Assembly: GCA_964019425.1 (NCBI GenBank)
Contig: OZ025785.1
Span: forward strand, 1,612,001-1,676,000
DNA from: Flectonema sp. DT1601
Lineage: Eukaryota
DNA length: 64,000 nt
Direction: 5' to 3'
Made by a program: the position numbers and the translations under genes. Under the pieces are notes generated by a model. It ran no database searches. It saw only the letters and a program-made list of their open reading frames with translations, and was not told the origin of the DNA. Below, piece after piece: positions 1-13,700 of the stretch (position 1 is the first letter of the stretch; the number at the start of each line of letters is the position of its first letter).

Positions 1-3000
1 ATCATTTCTTTGAATAATTGACTGAAAAAGTCAATTACTTTTTATCTGGAGGGTTGACAGCAACTGAAAACAGCAACATAGAGTCAGTTGGTCGTCGTCA
101 ATCAATTTTTTTATTTTTTCTGAAATACGTAACTTCCTATTCGCTATCAGTGGCCACTTGGAGTGAATATGAAGTCGTGTGGCTTTGTTGCAATACTTAA
201 ATAATGTTTATTTTTATTTATTATATTTTATTTTTTTTCCCCCTTTTTCCCTTTGGGTTTACCCCCCTTTCTCTGTATAGAGGAAGATGTTTCTTTTTTT
301 TTTTTTTTTTTTTTTTTTTGTCCAACTAATAACCCCACCGAGTTTTTTTCCTTGGTTTTTTTTTTATATTAAATTATTGCAATTTCTTGTACCCCCTCAG
401 TTGAGGCTAAGCTGTTGACTTGCTGCGTCCACAAGGGAGCAGCAACCCCAATCGGATTCCGTGATCTGTAATGTTGGATAGAAAATATCATCTCTCTCTG
501 TTATAATATATACGTACTTACTTTACGATACTTTTTTTATTTATTTTATATTCTTATTCTATTCCCTTCTTATTTAGTTTGAAGATAAAAAAATGAAAAA
601 GTTCGAAGTCAACACTTGTTTTTTTTTTTTTTTTTTTTGTTTCTTGTTTTTTTTTCCCCTCACGATATTCACGATGCACTGTTATAATTATTTTCAAAGG
701 CATGGCGTGACTTTTGTATTTGAGTTGGTACCTCACGAACAGTTTTATTAGTTAGCCTCTCTTTTCAGTACGAATGCTATTTCTCACTTTTTTTTTTTCG
801 TGTTGTAACTTTTGTTAAAATGTTTCTTTTTACACTTTACCTCTCCGGACAGCAGAATGGAGGGTTTTGATGAAATTCTGTTGTTCGTTGTTTCTGCAGT
901 CAACCGGTGCTTCTCGTTGTGTGAAGTAGACAAGTTTTCCTCTCACTAATATATCGGGCTGTTAGCCCAAGTGGTATTGGCTGTGTTTCTGTTTGTACGA
1001 AAACTCTTAGCCTTTTTAGCAGTCCGACGACTACCACACTGCGATCTTCTGTTTGTCGAGCTGCTTTAATTTTTTTGTTCATTTTGGTTTGTATTTGCTC
1101 AGTTGTCTCTAATTTATTAGGGTACCGCTGGCATTCTTGCAAGGCATCAAAGCGATTATTATTTCGTGAGGTGTTTTGCTACCTTTTATACTGAATATTG
1201 CCATGTTCCTTTTTTTTTTTTTTTGGTTTTGTTTGTTTATTTTTTGTGTTGCACTTGTGCGCTGTTGTTGTGGTACCTTCACTTTTACTTTAGTCTGTCA
1301 TGTTGTAAGAACATTATTATTATTATTATTTTTTTTTTTTTTTTTAGATATTTTTTCTTTCGTTTATTTATTTCTATTTTTTTGTTGTTTCTATCCGTAG
1401 TGATCATGACGGGGTGAAATGAATTCCCTACTTCCCCACCCTCCTCCTCCTCACCATCTAACGATACGCAAAATAATATTTTATTTTATTACACGCGTCT
1501 CTGATAAGTTCAACTAAGTGTCTATTATTAACTTTCTGTAAAAACTTTTTTGATATTACTGCGGCCAACCACAGCCAAACCACTTTTAAAAAAATGCCTT
1601 TCATGGTTTTTGAGCGAGAGAAAATTATAGCAGCGAAACGTTAACGCCTTTTACTTATTTAGGCTTGTTTTGGGTTGCTCAGAGAATTATGTAGGGGTAT
1701 TGATTCTTTTTTTTTTTTTTTTTTTTTTTTTTGTTTACCTGAGACAAAGGTTTTTTCTCTTCGAAAAACCAAAAAACCTTTTTTCCACTTTCCACTTTCC
1801 CTTTTTTTTCTTTTTTTTTTTTTTTCTAAAATATTTACTGAAATTCGTTCACAAAACGCGGCTTTTTGGTATTTTTTTTATCTCATCGTGTGGTGGACCC
1901 CCTCCACGGGGGTATTGTTTTTTTTTTCATTTCTTTGTGTTGAGCCAGATACTGGAAACTAATAAAGGAATAGTTGCTTTTCATTAGCCCCTGATGGACC
2001 ACACGACAATGGTTTATATCTACGAAGGCAACTCCTTTTGAATACTAAAACAGAGTGAATAGCTTTCGCACGTTTCGTTCTTTGCCAAGAGTGATCTATT
2101 TCTGTCTTATTAAATAACAAAACTGAAATAACTGATGCTTCTGTGATGTCGGATTGCTGATTCGTCTTTTTCTTTTGTGTTTTCAAACAACAACAGACTT
2201 GCTAAAGTAGTAAGCTAATCTGACGGCTGTTGGGTGGCTGCTTTCGACCATCACGTGTGGTGTGTATTAAGTCTATAAAATAAATAAAAAAAATTTTCAA
2301 AAAAAAAAAAAAAAAAAAAAAAAGAAGTAAATAGAGAAAGTTTCTTTTAATATCTCATTGCTGAAGAAATTATATCTTTCAAATGGGATGCGGCTTTCAC
2401 TTTTTTTTTTTTTTTTTTTTTTTTTTGATCAATCGTAAAGACGCGATTGAAAAAGCCTCGCTAATGAATAATGTATCTTTCAAGCAGGGTAATCACCAGT
2501 ACAAGAATTGATTTCTGTGTTGCTACTAATCATTTCTAGTGGATAGTTAAGTGTCCTGTTTGTGAAGATTACAACCCGTTTGTATCAAGACTTGTGCTCT
2601 ATTAACGGTGATGGAACCCCTGCTATTTAGACTTCCTTCATTAATAAGAAATAAATTTAAATTCATACGTAATCAGCTTCTGAGTGCCCCCAACCAACAC
2701 CTCTTTAAGCAATATTGTTAAAAGAATAACACAAACGGCACTCGCTTGAACTAAAATGCCTCTTATTTTGCGATAGTCAGGTAGTTTGGTTTTTTCTTTT
2801 ATTTATATTTCATTTATTTTTTTGTTCCTTTTTTTTTTTTTTATAATTCAGCAATCTGATCTAATAGAGGTATTTCAGTCTCTTTTTCGATCGCTCCTGG
2901 TCTTCTGTGTGCTGACAGTTTGTTTTCATTAGTTTTTAGTAGTTCAGTGGCAAAGCAAAAAGAATTAAAAATGAAAAGCCTCGTAGTGAGTGATGGCAAC

Positions 3001-6000
3001 ACAGTCTTCATAAGTTTATTTGTAACTCGGATTATTTGATGCCGAAGGTTGGTAATAGCAAGCTATGCCATAGTTCTATTGTACCGCTGCAGTATTCAGG
3101 TTTGGTAGTGCGCGGATATTGTGGATTTTACTGTTTTTGTGTAAATAAATAACACTAAAGTAAAACTAATATTCGGGTAATGCTGTCTGTACAGCTCGGG
3201 TTTGCATTCATTTTCCCCCTTTTTCTTTTATTTGTTTATTTTTTTGTTCCGGGTTGACATCCTCAAAAAGGAAAAAAAAAAAAAAAAAAAAAAAATAAGA
3301 TTACCTCTCAAAGACCAACCTGCGATTGGGATTCGTTTTCTTTTTTAACATTTCCCTAAATTACTGTTGTTAGCTATTGCTGCTTTTTTTTCTTTTGTAT
3401 CACTTTATTGAAATTTCTTTTTAATCTTTTAAGTTACTTTGGTACCTGTATGTTCAAAAATAAAATACTACGTACAGCGTTGTTCTTTTCTAAAATACTG
3501 TTTTTTCATTCTTTGCGGAAGTTTTTTTTTTGCGAGAATGTGAGACTAGCTTTCTTAAAGAGTTAAACATATTGTGTACATTGATTGTGGTTTTGTTTGT
3601 TTCAAGCAAATTATTTGTTCGTTACTCTGCATTTCGTTCTCTTTATCTTCCCTCTTTCCTTTTTTTTTTCTGTTCTTTTCTTTCGTTGAACTTATCGTCT
3701 TAATCTTTTTTATCTGGCACCGCCTGATCATAACGTCCTCACCTCTTTTCATTTCGCAGATTGCGGGACATTTGTTTTTTTTTTCCTTCTTTTTTGTCAC
3801 CGTTTCTGTATATTTTTTAGGGAATAAACCCCTACTAGCAGCTGATTCCCCCATGTTTTTTTAAAAATTATTTTCGCGCGCTCACTCTCTCTCATCCCTT
3901 GTTTAGGAAATAGATGCTTTGATAGTTTTGTTTTTTGTCGTCGAAGTCGCACACATGACGAAATGTATCACATGACTGCGGAGTTCTAAAAATATTTGAA
4001 GACAGGCATCCCAACACCTGTCAGTGCGAGTCGCACTTTCAGAGAGTAGAGAGTGCTAAAATTACTTGCGTTGTAAGCTCACTATGTAGTTACTGTTATC
4101 TATGAATGTATTGATCACTCCGAAAAGTGAGAAAAAAAAAGAATAGTTAGTTTGAAATAAAAGGTTTTGCAAAAAAAAAAAGTAGAACGAAAAAAGTGTG
4201 TGTAGTTTTCAGCTTGAGTAAAAAGAGTTTTTTCTTCCCTTCTCCCCATCAAGTTACCTCTCTTTTTTATTTTATTTTTTTTATTCTCACAATGACCCTT
4301 AAAAAAAAAAATAATAAGAAAAATTATTTTTATTTCAGTTCAAAGAAGTCCCGACTCATTTCCCATCCTGGTAGGCGTTTGTATAATCGTGAAGCTAGTT
4401 GCTAAGTGCGGTATCGGTGACAATAATAGCCCATTGCTTTAAATATAACACACGTGTCTAGGTACCTTAAGCTTGTACTGCTAGTCAAATTCTAAAACCT
4501 GTTTGCGTTCCAAGGATGAAGTTCCTACTTCTACTTTTGTTACGATTATTATATTTTATAATTCCGTTTCTTTTTTTTTTCTTAATTAAAACTATTTTAA
4601 AAAGAACGCAAGTTAAGCGTTCTATTTGTGTTCACAGTCAGAAAGCAGTCTCACGAATGCCTTCTGTGCGGCCCTCCATCTAATACAATTGAGAAACTCT
4701 AGTTGAGGAAAACAGTTTTTAAAAAATGAAATCTTCGACTCGTAGAAAGTTTCCTTTTATGCGATAGGCTTGCTTCGCACCCGTTTTCGGGAGCCTTTGG
4801 GCAGGCCTGGATCTATGGTACCTCTCTTTTATGAAGAGAATTATTTCTGATAGAATGAAGGTAACAATTGTAAACGATTACTGAATAAACATCCTCACTC
4901 TCTTTTAAATAATTCTTCATGTGGAATCGATTAGGTACACAGTCAGTCACGCAGTCACATTATCTACTTGGTTCTGCAACTTCTGACATCTCTCTTTGAC
5001 AGCAACCGCTCTGAGTATTAACGACGACTAGTCGTTTGTTAGTTCCACTTCGTCTGTACTTTTACATATTGTTGCTGGTACTCCTTTTTCTGGATCTTCA
5101 ACTTCTTTTTAATATGTAGAGTTTACTGGTCAAGTCTAGTAACGTATCCCAAAGTCTGAACTTAAAAAAGAGAACGGAATTCCTTCTCGAAGTTCTGCAG
5201 TTTCCAAACGTTCCTTTCATTTCACACCTCAACCCTGTCTTTGTGTCGCAATAGATTTATATTTTACGTGATGAGTTATAACTCATTCACTACTATGTTT
5301 GTAGTAATTTATCCGCCGAGTTCTCGCTCGGAACATGGATTGTTCCTCTCCTGGGTATGACTTCCAATATTTCACCCGGTTTTCTGATTTGAGGGTAGGT
5401 TTTATCCATTAGCAAGAAAATACACTGCGGCTACTGTGTTTATCGCCCAACAGCTCAACAACACCCTCAGCTCTAGTTCTATCGGGTTTTCGATTTTTGC
5501 TGGTCACTTTAACTTTCTCGATCCGGTTTACTTTATTTGTTTTAATACTTGTTATGTTGTATACTTTAGTGTTGGTCATGTTCTTTTGCATTACACCAAT
5601 GTTCCCTCCGTACGGCAATTAGTTTGTAGATGAACTGGACACGTTTTAATGATAGCACCGATGTACCGGTCGGTATTCGGTTGTCATTTTAGTTCAACAC
5701 CAAAAGCTCTTATGAGCAAACAGCTGCCCCAACCCGTCTATGTTCATGTCTGCAATCCTTTCGTACTTATCAGTTATTCCTCTTTCTTAAGATATTCTTT
5801 ACTGACTCCTAGTGATCTGTATTTACAAAAAGCTGTTTTGATTACTCAGAGAAGATATCTTATGAGGTTAGTGTCGGAGAGTCATCGTTACTTTCTTCAG
5901 CGCAACAACCTGCGGTGTGGTAACGATGTAGTCGCTTCGTATTCCTCCCGAATTCTCTTTTCAAGAGTTTTCGAATGGAAGGAAACCCACACTTAACCTC

Positions 6001-9000
6001 ACCTCATCCCTTCTCTCCCTACCATCCCCAATGTCATTTCAAGAGTGTAATTTCTGATTAGACTTAATAAGAAACCGCTTAACGAATTCTGTTTTTGGTG
6101 AAACCTCACCTGCAATCCGTCTTGCTCTTCTGTTAGCAATCGATATTTAATGGGTTGTTTTATTACTGAAAGCTGAGTGGCTGTTTTGCCTCCGTTAGGT
6201 GTTTCTTGTTGTTTTTCTGTATCACATTATTATTATTGTGTGTTTCCTCATTAATTTTTGCATTAATTATCTGAGACCTGCTTCATGTTATATAATTAGT
6301 GGTCTTCAGTCGTTCGGCTTCTGTAAACAAACAACATCCTAAATCACATCGTATCCATCCGGTAAGAGTCGCTCAGTTTAGGAATGCTGAGCAAATTGGC
6401 ATTTTTCTTTTTTTTTAATCTCTTTTTATTATGTTCATCAGGTCAGGTGCTTGGCTGCTAAGCAAGCCAGAGGTCTTTGCCTCATTGTAATTGCGATTTT
6501 TACATTCCATAAAGTGAAATGTGCTTAATAATAAAAGTTGCAGCCGAGCAGCAATAAAACAAACCCTCAGCGATTTAACTCTCGGCATGCAATAGGAGGA
6601 ATCGTCAAGCAGTATACCTGATGACTGAATTGAGGAAGCCAAAACAATTATTTTTGTTATGTTGATTTAATTTTGTTGTTTTTTTGTGGCTAAAACTTTT
6701 GACCATTCTTTGCTTTAACAGCCCCCCGCTGAACTCACTTTCCACTTTTACCAAGCGGACTAAAGTCCTCATTGGCTGTGGTCTCGCCTGTGTGAGTCTT
6801 CGGGGGGTCAGTTATTGTTTTCACTAATTGCGCTCATTGTTTGTTAGTTCTCTTAGATTTTAATGTTCTCTTTTTATCCCTTTAAACAATTCTCCAAAAG
6901 AATTACAATCAAATTACAAACAATTCAACAAACACTCGTTAGTCGTTAGTTGTGTTATCCCACGTCGCGGAATCAAAGCGACTGTACCCCAGCGTACCTA
7001 ATTCAGCAACTCTTTGTATTTCTGTTCCAACTATGTCCGACTTGAGGCATGAATCGCATGAATTACTCTGCTTTCACTTAAAACCTCTTAACGAGTTCCT
7101 ACCCTTGCCACTTGCTCGGAAGTTGGAAACCAGAATTGTTGCTATTTCTTCTCTGCTATTTTACGGTGGTTGCTCTTTGAGATGGTGACCTCCTTGTTTG
7201 GTATTTTTTATTACTACCTGCATGGCTGGGTTCTGAGTCACTGCCGTAAATTGATAAATTAGTGGGCGGATCTTTGCGCAGAAATTATTTTATTTGCGTT
7301 TGGTTAGTTAGTTATTGAGTTCCGAGGAACTTATATTTGGGAAAATGATTTATGAATCTAACCAAGATGGACTATTCTTTGGTTCACTCTGCGCTGTGAT
7401 ACTAACGTTTAAATATTTAAAAATGCAACACAAAAAGTATAACAAAACTCCGTAATCTTTCCTCTAAAGGTTTGCTTCTATCAGAAAACTCCGTCGCTGG
7501 CGGATAAAAAAAAGTAGAAAAAGGAAATAGAGTTGGGATTTACTTCTTTCCCGCAACCTCAGGTACTTGAAATGCTCGAATAACTCTGTACGATGTGTTA
7601 GATTGTCTGATCTACATCCGTACCCGTAGTTCTTTAGTGAGTATCTCATCCCTGTTGTGAGAACTACTTCAACAGCTGCTACTTACTTAGCTATTGTAAC
7701 TCTCTGTAATCAAACAGTCCTCGTTGGAGTCGTGTGCGCATCTGGTGTCCGCTAGAACTTCCAACGTTGACTCAAGTAATTAAGGCTTCAGATATGGTTC
7801 GCTTTTTTTTTTTCTCCTCCCCTCCTTGCCCTAAATAGTTTTAAGGGAAGGTAAGAAATTACTTTTAAAATATTTTTGATGTCTGGTCTGGTGGAGACAT
7901 CCGTTTTTCAGGTTCCGTTGTAACTTTTGTTATTTGGGACTGTTGGGATTCTAAACTGCTGTTCCAGTGTTTTTCCTTTTTTTTCTCTCTTTTTCTTTTT
8001 TGCAAAACATCCAAAATAATTATTTTTATTTAATTTTTTTATCCCAACCAAATTATTCTGTTTGTTTTAAAATTTTGATTTTTTTTTTTTTTCTTTGTAG
8101 AGCTTCTATCATGCGCTTTCTAGCCACGGTTTAACTGCCGTGCTATTGCTGTGTGAAGATCTCGGTGTTGGTATTAACTTCGTCCTGTAACAAGATAATT
8201 TTTGAGTACTGTCAGTATGTGCATTCTGTTATTTTACCGACCCTTTATTTTTGGCCTTATTTTTTTTAAAATTCTTTATATTGTCGTTTTTAAAAGATGA
8301 AGTTGAAATATTTTTTTCTTAACAAAAAGAGGATGATGAAGTGTCGATGACGTCTTTCTTTCTGAAAATTGTTTTTACTCTCTTAAGCTTTTTTTTTTTG
8401 TTGCAAAAAAACGTTCAATTATTTAATAATTATTGTCGTTCTTCTGGAAGTCTGCTTCCCTGCGGACCCAAAGCAACTAATCTTGCAGGACTTAAAGCTT
8501 AATTCTCGCAATGGGTAGTGACAAAAATAATTTATTTTTTACAAAAAAAATAATGAAAGAATATCCAGCTCTTTTAACTCTTGTTGTTTACTATGTTTTA
8601 CTTTTTTATTATTTTTTATTTTTTTTTTTGTTTGCTGAATTATGCAGACCTGATCATCTACCCCCAAACAATCAAATAAAATAAAAAAACCAACATTACA
8701 ACACATTGACTAAAATGAAAATTATTGTTATTATTATTTTTTTCTTCTTTTTTTATATATATTTTCGATAGCTGAAAACTACACACACACACAAAAAACG
8801 CAAACAGCATTTCCTTATTTTAAAGAGAATGAACAAAAGAAAAAAGAAAAAAGAAAAAAATTAAAAAAAAAAGTTTAGAACAGAATTACTATTTTCTATT
8901 AGATTGATGGAGATGTCTTCTCCATCAGTAGTTCTATTGTAGTGATCAGTACAGGTAGGTTGAACAGCTACAAGGTGGTTTTACACTTCTTTTTTTGCAG

Positions 9001-10559
9001 TCAGTAATCTTCGAAGTCTAGTTACTTACTACTGTTCACTTTAAAGTTATTTTTGTTGTTACTTAAGAATGTTGTTACTCTGACTAATTCTCCGAACTGG
9101 TTTGTTTACACTTTTTATAAAACTATTCACCCTCTTCACCTTCATAACGGTACTTCGCTCGAGAGCTTTCAGAAGACATTTGAGATTGTTTGGATTCGGT
9201 TGATGGCGGCATCAACTAATACCCTTCACACCCATGGCTGTTCTTCACACTTGTCAAAATATCACCCACACTTCTGTCGAGCTGCGGAACAGCAAGCAAA
9301 CAAATGTTAATCATCTGATCCCTTTCTCCCTTTTATGACCCCTACTTACACTTATTGTGTTAACCCTTTGAGGTGGTTAACAATATTTTATAACAACAAG
9401 TCGAAGAGAAGTATGACAACAGATGTTGACAGTTTTATTGAGTTCAATCTCTGATGAGAGGTAGCGATTTTTTTTTTTTATTCATTATTTGTTTCTATTG
9501 GAAAGGTAGAACATTTCCCCCCCCCCTCTCTTTCTTATAAGCACACACTCGTTGATGTAAATTTAACATTCATTTAATTATTGTAAGGGTGCGTCCCTTT
9601 GTTTTTTTCGTTTTCTCTAATCATTTTTTTTACCAAAACCTTTCTTTTTTTTTTTTCCCCCTCAGTCTTTTTCTTATTTCCTGTTTTTCAGGACAATTAC
9701 TAATCCCTCATGTTTGCGACCATGAAAGCACACGAATATCCAGATTTCTTGAAATTATGTGGCCACTTTTAGTCTGGTCTAATCAAAGCACAAATCATCT
9801 CCTTTTCAATTTGATTACCTATAAATTATTAATTAGGTTGTTAGTTTATTAACTACCCGAGTTCTCGACACGTTTTCGCGAGCAAAATTGCCATTTCGGT
9901 ACATTGATATGATTCTATGTTTGAAAAAAAAAAAAAAAAAAAAAAAAAAAATGTCAAAACATTTTTTTATGAGGGGGAAAAAAAAAACGGCGGTAGACCA
10001 TTAACCTTGATACATTAAGTTCTTACACAAGATGTGCTACGCGGGAAATTTGCGTTCCCTGATTTGTAAATTTACGAGCTGACACATGTGCATTAATGGC
10101 ATCACGTACTTGAGGGGTTGCTAACTACGGTTTTCTTTTTGTTCTAATTTCTTTTTTTTTTGTTCATTCATCATTCCCTCCCCCTTCGAGTTCGCGATGT
10201 GAAGATGAGTGAAGCTGCCAGTGAACTCATCATTTTAATCGGCTTACAACTAGCATGCAAGAATTGTTCTACAGCATATTAGTAGTTGATGTCTGATGAT
10301 GTAATTCCTGACCATTCACTGACATCGTTGTTGTTCGTCACTGCGGGTACTGAGTGCCTCAATGTGAACTTAAATTCGATGCGAGGGATTATCTGTGACA
10401 TTGATCAGGTCGGTGTATGACTTACCTAGAATCAAATATCAGTGTTCCCTGCACTGGCAAAATATCTCCCTTTTCCCAACAAAAACATCCGAAATGAGTG
10501 ATGTCAGTTGATCACAAGTCATCAGCTTCAGCATCATGTCGCAGGGATTGCTATGTAAG

Positions 10560-10735
10560 TGACATGCTAAAGGCGTACTGTTTGATAAGTCGACCTCGTC
10601 GGACCATTTTCATGCGACACTTCATCGCAAAAGGTGTTTTCTTTTGCACTTTTTGCATGAAAAAGAAAAATGGTTTCAATTCATAGAATTCGACTGACGA
10701 GGTCGACTTTCAGACCGTCACGTTTCTGGTTGTCA
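10560..10735 (+). other. Long imperfect inverted repeat / hairpin
   Basis: AAGTCGACCTCGTC (10587-10600) is the exact reverse complement of 10696-10709, with additional nested and flanking stems. Confidence 0.8.
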
Positions 10736-13700
10736 GCTGCTGCTTGAACTCCGGATCGTGAAATCAATCAACTCCTCGATATTCGAACTGCGACCAAATC
10801 GATTAAAAATAATTACCCCCGCAATGTTATATTAGAATGGATTCTGTTCTTCTGTTCTTTGTAACACAAAAACATATCTAATTATTTAAAACCCTTTATT
10901 GTGATACGTATGAGTATCTTTGTTTGACCCCTTTATTGAATTATTTTATTGTTTATATGTAACTCATCGTACTCATCAATGTAGACGAACATAATTAAAT
11001 AGTTCTTTCGTTGTAGTGTTTTCTTTTTTAAAAGATGGTTCACATCAAAAAATAGCAGTAACGTCACAAAACTTTGACATTACAAATAAAAACAACCAAG
11101 TAGCAAAAAAAAGACTTTGTGCGGTGGTTTACCAACTCTTACTGCATCTACCGCACTTATGCGACATAAGAATATTGTTCAAGCAAATCAACAATTGGGA
11201 TATAATTTATATCCGCAATGTTTGCAGTAGTGTACCTGTTTAAGTGAATTGTTTTTTAGCTCACTGGACAGTTGAGTCTGTAGACATAGCAAGTGATGTG
11301 AAGCATTCGTTTGATGAAACTCCTGCAATATACTGTTTGTTTTATTATTAGAATACAAACAATAATTTTATTATTAATAACCAGCTCACTGTAATTAACA
11401 AGTGAGTTGTTACGTTACTTCTGTTGGCGATGATGCCAATCAGTATTGGATTGATGACTCTCTTCGGTTTTTCTTTTTTTTGATTGGATGTCCTCACTCT
11501 TCAAAATCTTTCTTTTTCACCAACAAAACGATTTGGTGGTTCGTCTGTTGTTCATATCTTTTCGTGGCATCAGGTAGCTCCATTGAGGACACACATACAA
11601 TTCAAAGGTTTTGATTATATAAAAAGATAATCAATAATCACTTTTTTGTATTCATTCAATCAGGAAACTGATAACAGTACAAAAGAAATCCAAGTCAAAA
11701 AAAGAGCTTCAATTCAATCAACTTCACTCGATAGCTGAATGCCGTCTTGTGAATGCAATTTCTTTATTAAAAGGAGCAGTTTGACCAGCTTTTCAACAGC
11801 CTTGGGGAGCTGCAATCCATTTACCCTGTTGGTGTAATATCATGTTCTTCGTTTTCTTTCTTTGTCGGTTAAGAAGAATATCCTTTTCAATATGTTATTA
11901 TATTATAAGTGTCCCCTCCTCTTCTTTCTCCTCTCTTGAGAACAGAATGTGAAACTCAAAAGGAGTTGCTCGGCTGTTCTCTTATATTTATCTTTTTTTG
12001 CGTTTTTTCATTCTCTCCTTGCGAGCGATCCGAGTAGGAGATCATTTCTGATCATTTGTCCAGTCAGTTGGTTTTGTTTGATTTGAGTAACACGTCTTTC
12101 ACGTGTCGGTTTTATCGTCAACTCAAATATGTTACAAGACTAGTGAGTACTGTTCATGTAATTCTTTAAGGGATTTCTATATTCTAAGTTCTAGAGTCTC
12201 CTGTTAGAAGTCATGTGTTGTAAAAGAGACGTGACTTTGAACTGGTCTTCGATTTCGGTAAAAAACAACAATGTTGACTTCAAGAAAAGACACTATTGTC
12301 GATTGACAGTGACTTAGTCACATGTCGACAGGTAGTCTTAAGATTCTTGTTGTTCTTAATTCTCTTTTCTTCTCTTCTCGTTTAAGTCAGTTATTCCATT
12401 TTCAGAATAGATGACGCACTCGCAGTATATTATTTGTGCGTGTTCTTGTCTTTGGGTGAATGCGTTTTGTGGGAATTCGTATCCTTACTCGTAAACACCC
12501 AAAGATCGCAAACAAATTAAAAGATTATTATTAAAAATATTATCGTGTGACAACAATTCTCGGATAGGAGAATGTTGGTATTTCTTGTTGTTCGGTTTCC
12601 GTTGTGGTTTCGATGATTTTGTTATATCGCAACACGTAAACACGACCCTTGTCCTCGGCACACTACAACGAAATTGTGTTCCCACTTTGTACATTATTGA
12701 GTGATGTTCTCATTCTCGATGTTTAATGTGCCGAGACAGATGGCCGGAAATAATTTCTTAATTAGGTTTATTTATCCACATGTTGTAATGATATTTAGGG
12801 ATTCCCTCCGTGCTCTTCCTTTTTTTTATTTTATTTTATTTTATTTCACTCCCCCTTCAATTCTGTTTTGTTTTGTTTATTGATTCTTTGATCCACCTTT
12901 CAATATAGGTGAGAGTACGACTGCACTCACTATTGCTAATTTTAGCTTGTTGGAGGAGAAGGTGCCAAACAATTAGTTTTTCACAGTCAGACAGTGATTG
13001 ATCATCGCCGTGTTCACGAAATAATTTGATTCTGGTTTGCAGGATTTCTATTTTCTTTGTTTTTTTTTTATATTTCTTTTTTTTGTAGTTCCTTTTTTTT
13101 TTGAAAAAGATTAATAGGAAAGTTTTCATCCTAATTCTGTAACCCACAAAGTGATCTGTGTATATCAAAACTATACTTGCGTATATTTTCTTTTTAATCT
13201 TTTGATTTGTTTCTTTTTTCGGTTATCAGTGATAATGTAACTTTGGAAATTTTCTGTTGACTGCTTCTGCAGTCATTCGTAGCGTTGTCTGATTGAAACT
13301 TTATATTGTAAAAAAAAGAATTGTTCTTACAGCAGTGCATCAGGAAACCTTGCCTTATTCGTTTTTAATTTTTCTGTAGATTCTGCTGACCTCGTCGTGT
13401 TTTTAAAATTGAAACAGAACAACTGGCAGCAGTGTTCTGTGGCGAAGACGATGGTAGCTGTGAGACGGAATCTGTTTTAAGTACTAACATTATTATTTTT
13501 ATTTTCAAAATTCCAAAAAAAAAAAGAAAATGCAATTTCGTGCGGTTGATCTTTCGTTATGGGTCAGTGTTACACATGCTGAACCCCATTATTATTTTCT
13601 TAAATAACTCTTCTTTTGATTATGTTTGGCTGAGTTTTCCTTTTCCGGTATCTTCTTCGTGGTCATTGTGATCACCTGCTGTAGACCGACCCTCTTGTTA

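Noticed and set aside
10288..10326. C/D box-like motif (TGATGA...CTGA) with a short terminal stem
   Set aside because: Only ~40 nt, too short for a guide snoRNA, and no target can be checked.
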